Source: a virus (Duplodnaviria; Caudoviricetes). From it: a DNA stretch of 50,903 bases. The stretch lies in IMG/VR virus record IMGVR_UViG_3300037845_000048, positions 1 through 50,903 of that record; one strand, 5' to 3'. Each line of letters begins with the position of its first letter. Positions within the stretch are counted from its first letter, which is position 1. Positions 49,016 to 50,903 of this stretch are shown in pieces. The notes below the pieces were generated by a model. The model was not told where the DNA came from. It made no database searches and was given only the letters and a program-made list of their open reading frames with translations. The position numbers were made by a program, and so were the translations under genes.

Positions 49016-49452
49016 GGGGCGGTCTCGCATTCCTGCGCGGGGTCGATCTGCGCGGGGTCCTGCGCGGGTCGCCAGTCGCGCATGGTCGTGTTGAGGGTGT
49101 CGGCGTTGTACTCCTGGACCGCGCTGCGGCAGGTCTGCTGCTCGGCGGTGAGCACCGAGTGTTGGTAGTCGTCGGCGGGGTTGGTTTTGACCGCTGCGGC
49201 GGCGGCCTGGATGTTGTCGTGGTAGCCCTGGATGTCGCCCCAGAGCTTGTTGAACGTGGATTGGGCCTGGATGCGGTTGTCGCCGCTGTTGTTCTGTTTG
49301 ATCACGTCGCCCTGGCCGCGTACGCCGGAGCTGAACACGCCGAATGCCCAGAGGCTGATCGGCAGGATCACGAAGAGGACCAGGGCGGTGAGGCAGCCGT
49401 AGGCCCAGACGCGGCCTGCGCGGATGCGGTCGTGTTCGTCGAAGATGCTCAA
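49012..49452 (-). CDS. membrane-anchored helical protein
   Basis: N-terminal TM and helical domain; coupled to the lipoprotein gene. Confidence 0.65.
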   Translation of the reverse strand: MSIFDEHDRIRAGRVWAYGCLTALVLFVILPISLWAFGVFSSGVRGQGDVIKQNNSGDNRIQAQSTFNKLWGDIQGYHDNIQAAAAAVKTNPADDYQHSVLTAEQQTCRSAVQEYNADTLNTTMRDWRPAQDPAQIDPAQECETAP

Positions 49453-49494
49453 CGGTGCTGCTTTCGTCGGGTGTCGGTGTCAGGTGCGTCACTC

Positions 49495-49543
49495 ACCGTA
49501 CAGACCTCTTGTGGTAACCGCAATACCACAGTAGCCTGCGGGC
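49495..49543. promoter_or_regulatory. divergent promoters with palindromic operator
   Basis: TGTGGTA-N7-TACCACA (49510-49530). + strand TAGCCT lies 6 nt before ATG 49544; - strand TACGGT at 49500-49495. Confidence 0.65.
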
Positions 49544-49798
49544 ATGAACCTGATCCCGCGCCAGTCCCGCCGGACACGCAACAGCGTGACCATCGACGGC
49601 GACAAGCTCACCGCCGCCCGCACGACCGCAGGGCTGACGCAGGTCCAGCTCGCCGACGCCGCCGACCTCTCCCAGACCTACATCAGCGCCCTGGAGACCG
49701 GCGACCGCGACCGCCTGAGCCGCGACGCCTACGCGCGGCTGTGCCACGCCCTCGGCGTCGGCGCAGGGGCCCTGCTGGCCGAGCAGCCCACCCCGTAG
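49544..49798 (+). CDS. XRE-family HTH regulator (Cro/repressor-like)
   Basis: 'LTAARTTAGLTQVQLADAADLSQTYISALETG'. Confidence 0.85.
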   Translation: MNLIPRQSRRTRNSVTIDGDKLTAARTTAGLTQVQLADAADLSQTYISALETGDRDRLSRDAYARLCHALGVGAGALLAEQPTP

Positions 49799-49873
49799 AA
49801 CACGGAAACGGCCACCCGCCCGAACGGATGACCGCCACCGCACCACAACACCTACACGAAAGGACCAGTTCCC

Positions 49874-50790
49874 GTGTGGCCTCGCAAGAAAAAGGATAAG
49901 GCACCGGCCGAACAGCCGTTCCACACCATCCCCGGGCAGCCCCGCCGCCACGCACGCCAGACCCCCGACCCCGACGGCGCACAGGCGCCCGTGGCCGCGC
50001 CGGTCGCCGAGGCGCTGATCCTCGCCGAACCCGTCCGCCAATGGCTCGCCGACGACGTCGCCCGCATGCAGGACGCCGCCGACGAACGCCACGCCACAGC
50101 CCAGCGCGCCGGAGCCGAACGCGAGCAGGCCCTGGCCGACGAAGCCCACTGGCGCACCATCGCCGCCGGGATCGCCCGCATCCTGGACCTGGCGCAGGCC
50201 ACCGCCCAGCGCGGCGAGGCCGCCGTGTACGAGCAGCCCCAGACCCTCCCGACCCCGCCGGACCCGGCCGAGTTCGCCGCGACCTGGCGCGTCCCGGACC
50301 CGGTGCCCGGGGCCTGCGTGTGCGACCCGATGCGCGGCGAGTCCTGCGAGCAGTGCGACGTGCTCCTGCCCGCGCGCACCTCGTCGTGGTGGTCGCCGGG
50401 CGCCTCGAACGACGGCCTGACCGCGACCCTCGCGACCGTGGACGGAGAAGCCCGATGAGCGTCGAGACCGACGAGGCCAACGACACCTTCGAGCTGACCG
50501 TGAAACTGGCCGGCCTGGACACGCCCAAAGCCGTCCGCGTCACCCAGGACGGCGAGAACGGGGTGCGCGTGATGATCTCCATCGAATCCCCGCGGCAGGT
50601 CCACGCTTGGGCGCGGCAGATGGGCACCGTCGCCGAGACGAAGGAGCCGACCCAGTTGGGCGGGGGCACGTGGTGGTACCGGCACACGGTGGCCTCGATC
50701 CGGCGCGAGGGCCTGTACATCCAGGTGACGGCCGTGCAGATGGCCCTGGACCTGGACGACGCGTCGATGACCGAGCCGGTGACCGCATGA
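49874..50790 (+). CDS. two hypothetical proteins (49874-50458, 50455-50790)
   Basis: AAGGA and GGAG RBS motifs; ATGA overlap. Confidence 0.55.
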
Positions 50791-50903
50791 CCGCGATCGA
50801 CCCCCGCGTCCCCGACGCCCTGCCGCGTATCGGGCAGGTGCGGTTCGTGCGCGACATCCGCATGGGCTGGCACGCCCAACTCCCCGGCCGCGGCTGGGCG
50901 CTG

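Noticed and set aside
1-50903. Integrase, att sites, DNA polymerase/primase, reverse transcriptase or DGR
   Set aside because: No such motifs recognised. The 92-bp repeat has no RT nearby and covers gene starts rather than a C-terminal variable region.

Overview
This is a high-GC actinobacterial siphovirus or prophage segment. On the + strand it carries many small hypothetical genes (1-5310), terminase small and large subunits (5406-7383), a ~10.7 kb accessory block between terminase and portal, then portal, ClpP-type protease, HK97-like capsid, neck and tail genes with a -1 frameshift chaperone, tape measure, minor tail and a lysis region (NlpC/P60-like, PLD, GH25, membrane proteins). A leftward accessory operon and an XRE-HTH divergent switch follow. 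I see no integrase or replication genes, so the genome is probably incomplete. The main finding lies inside the terminase-portal block, on the - strand (about 15620-17665). A promoter drives a non-coding array of five tracts of 5-nt NN-GGC units (94 units), separated by alternating structured spacers. The array is followed by a stand-alone Cas7/RAMP-like gene, a coupled wHTH/coiled-coil gene and a tRNA-like element. This looks like a phage-encoded, non-CRISPR RNA-guided system whose information sits in the variable dinucleotides. From memory and unverified, it resembles the recently reported VIPR architecture. Other highlights are a protamine-like Arg/His protein after the capsid gene, a structured small-RNA candidate sharing the array's promoter motif, AT-rich recoded gene ends beside homing endonucleases, duplicated tail-tube paralogs and a Tat lipoprotein. 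All calls come from reading motifs by eye; no searches were run.
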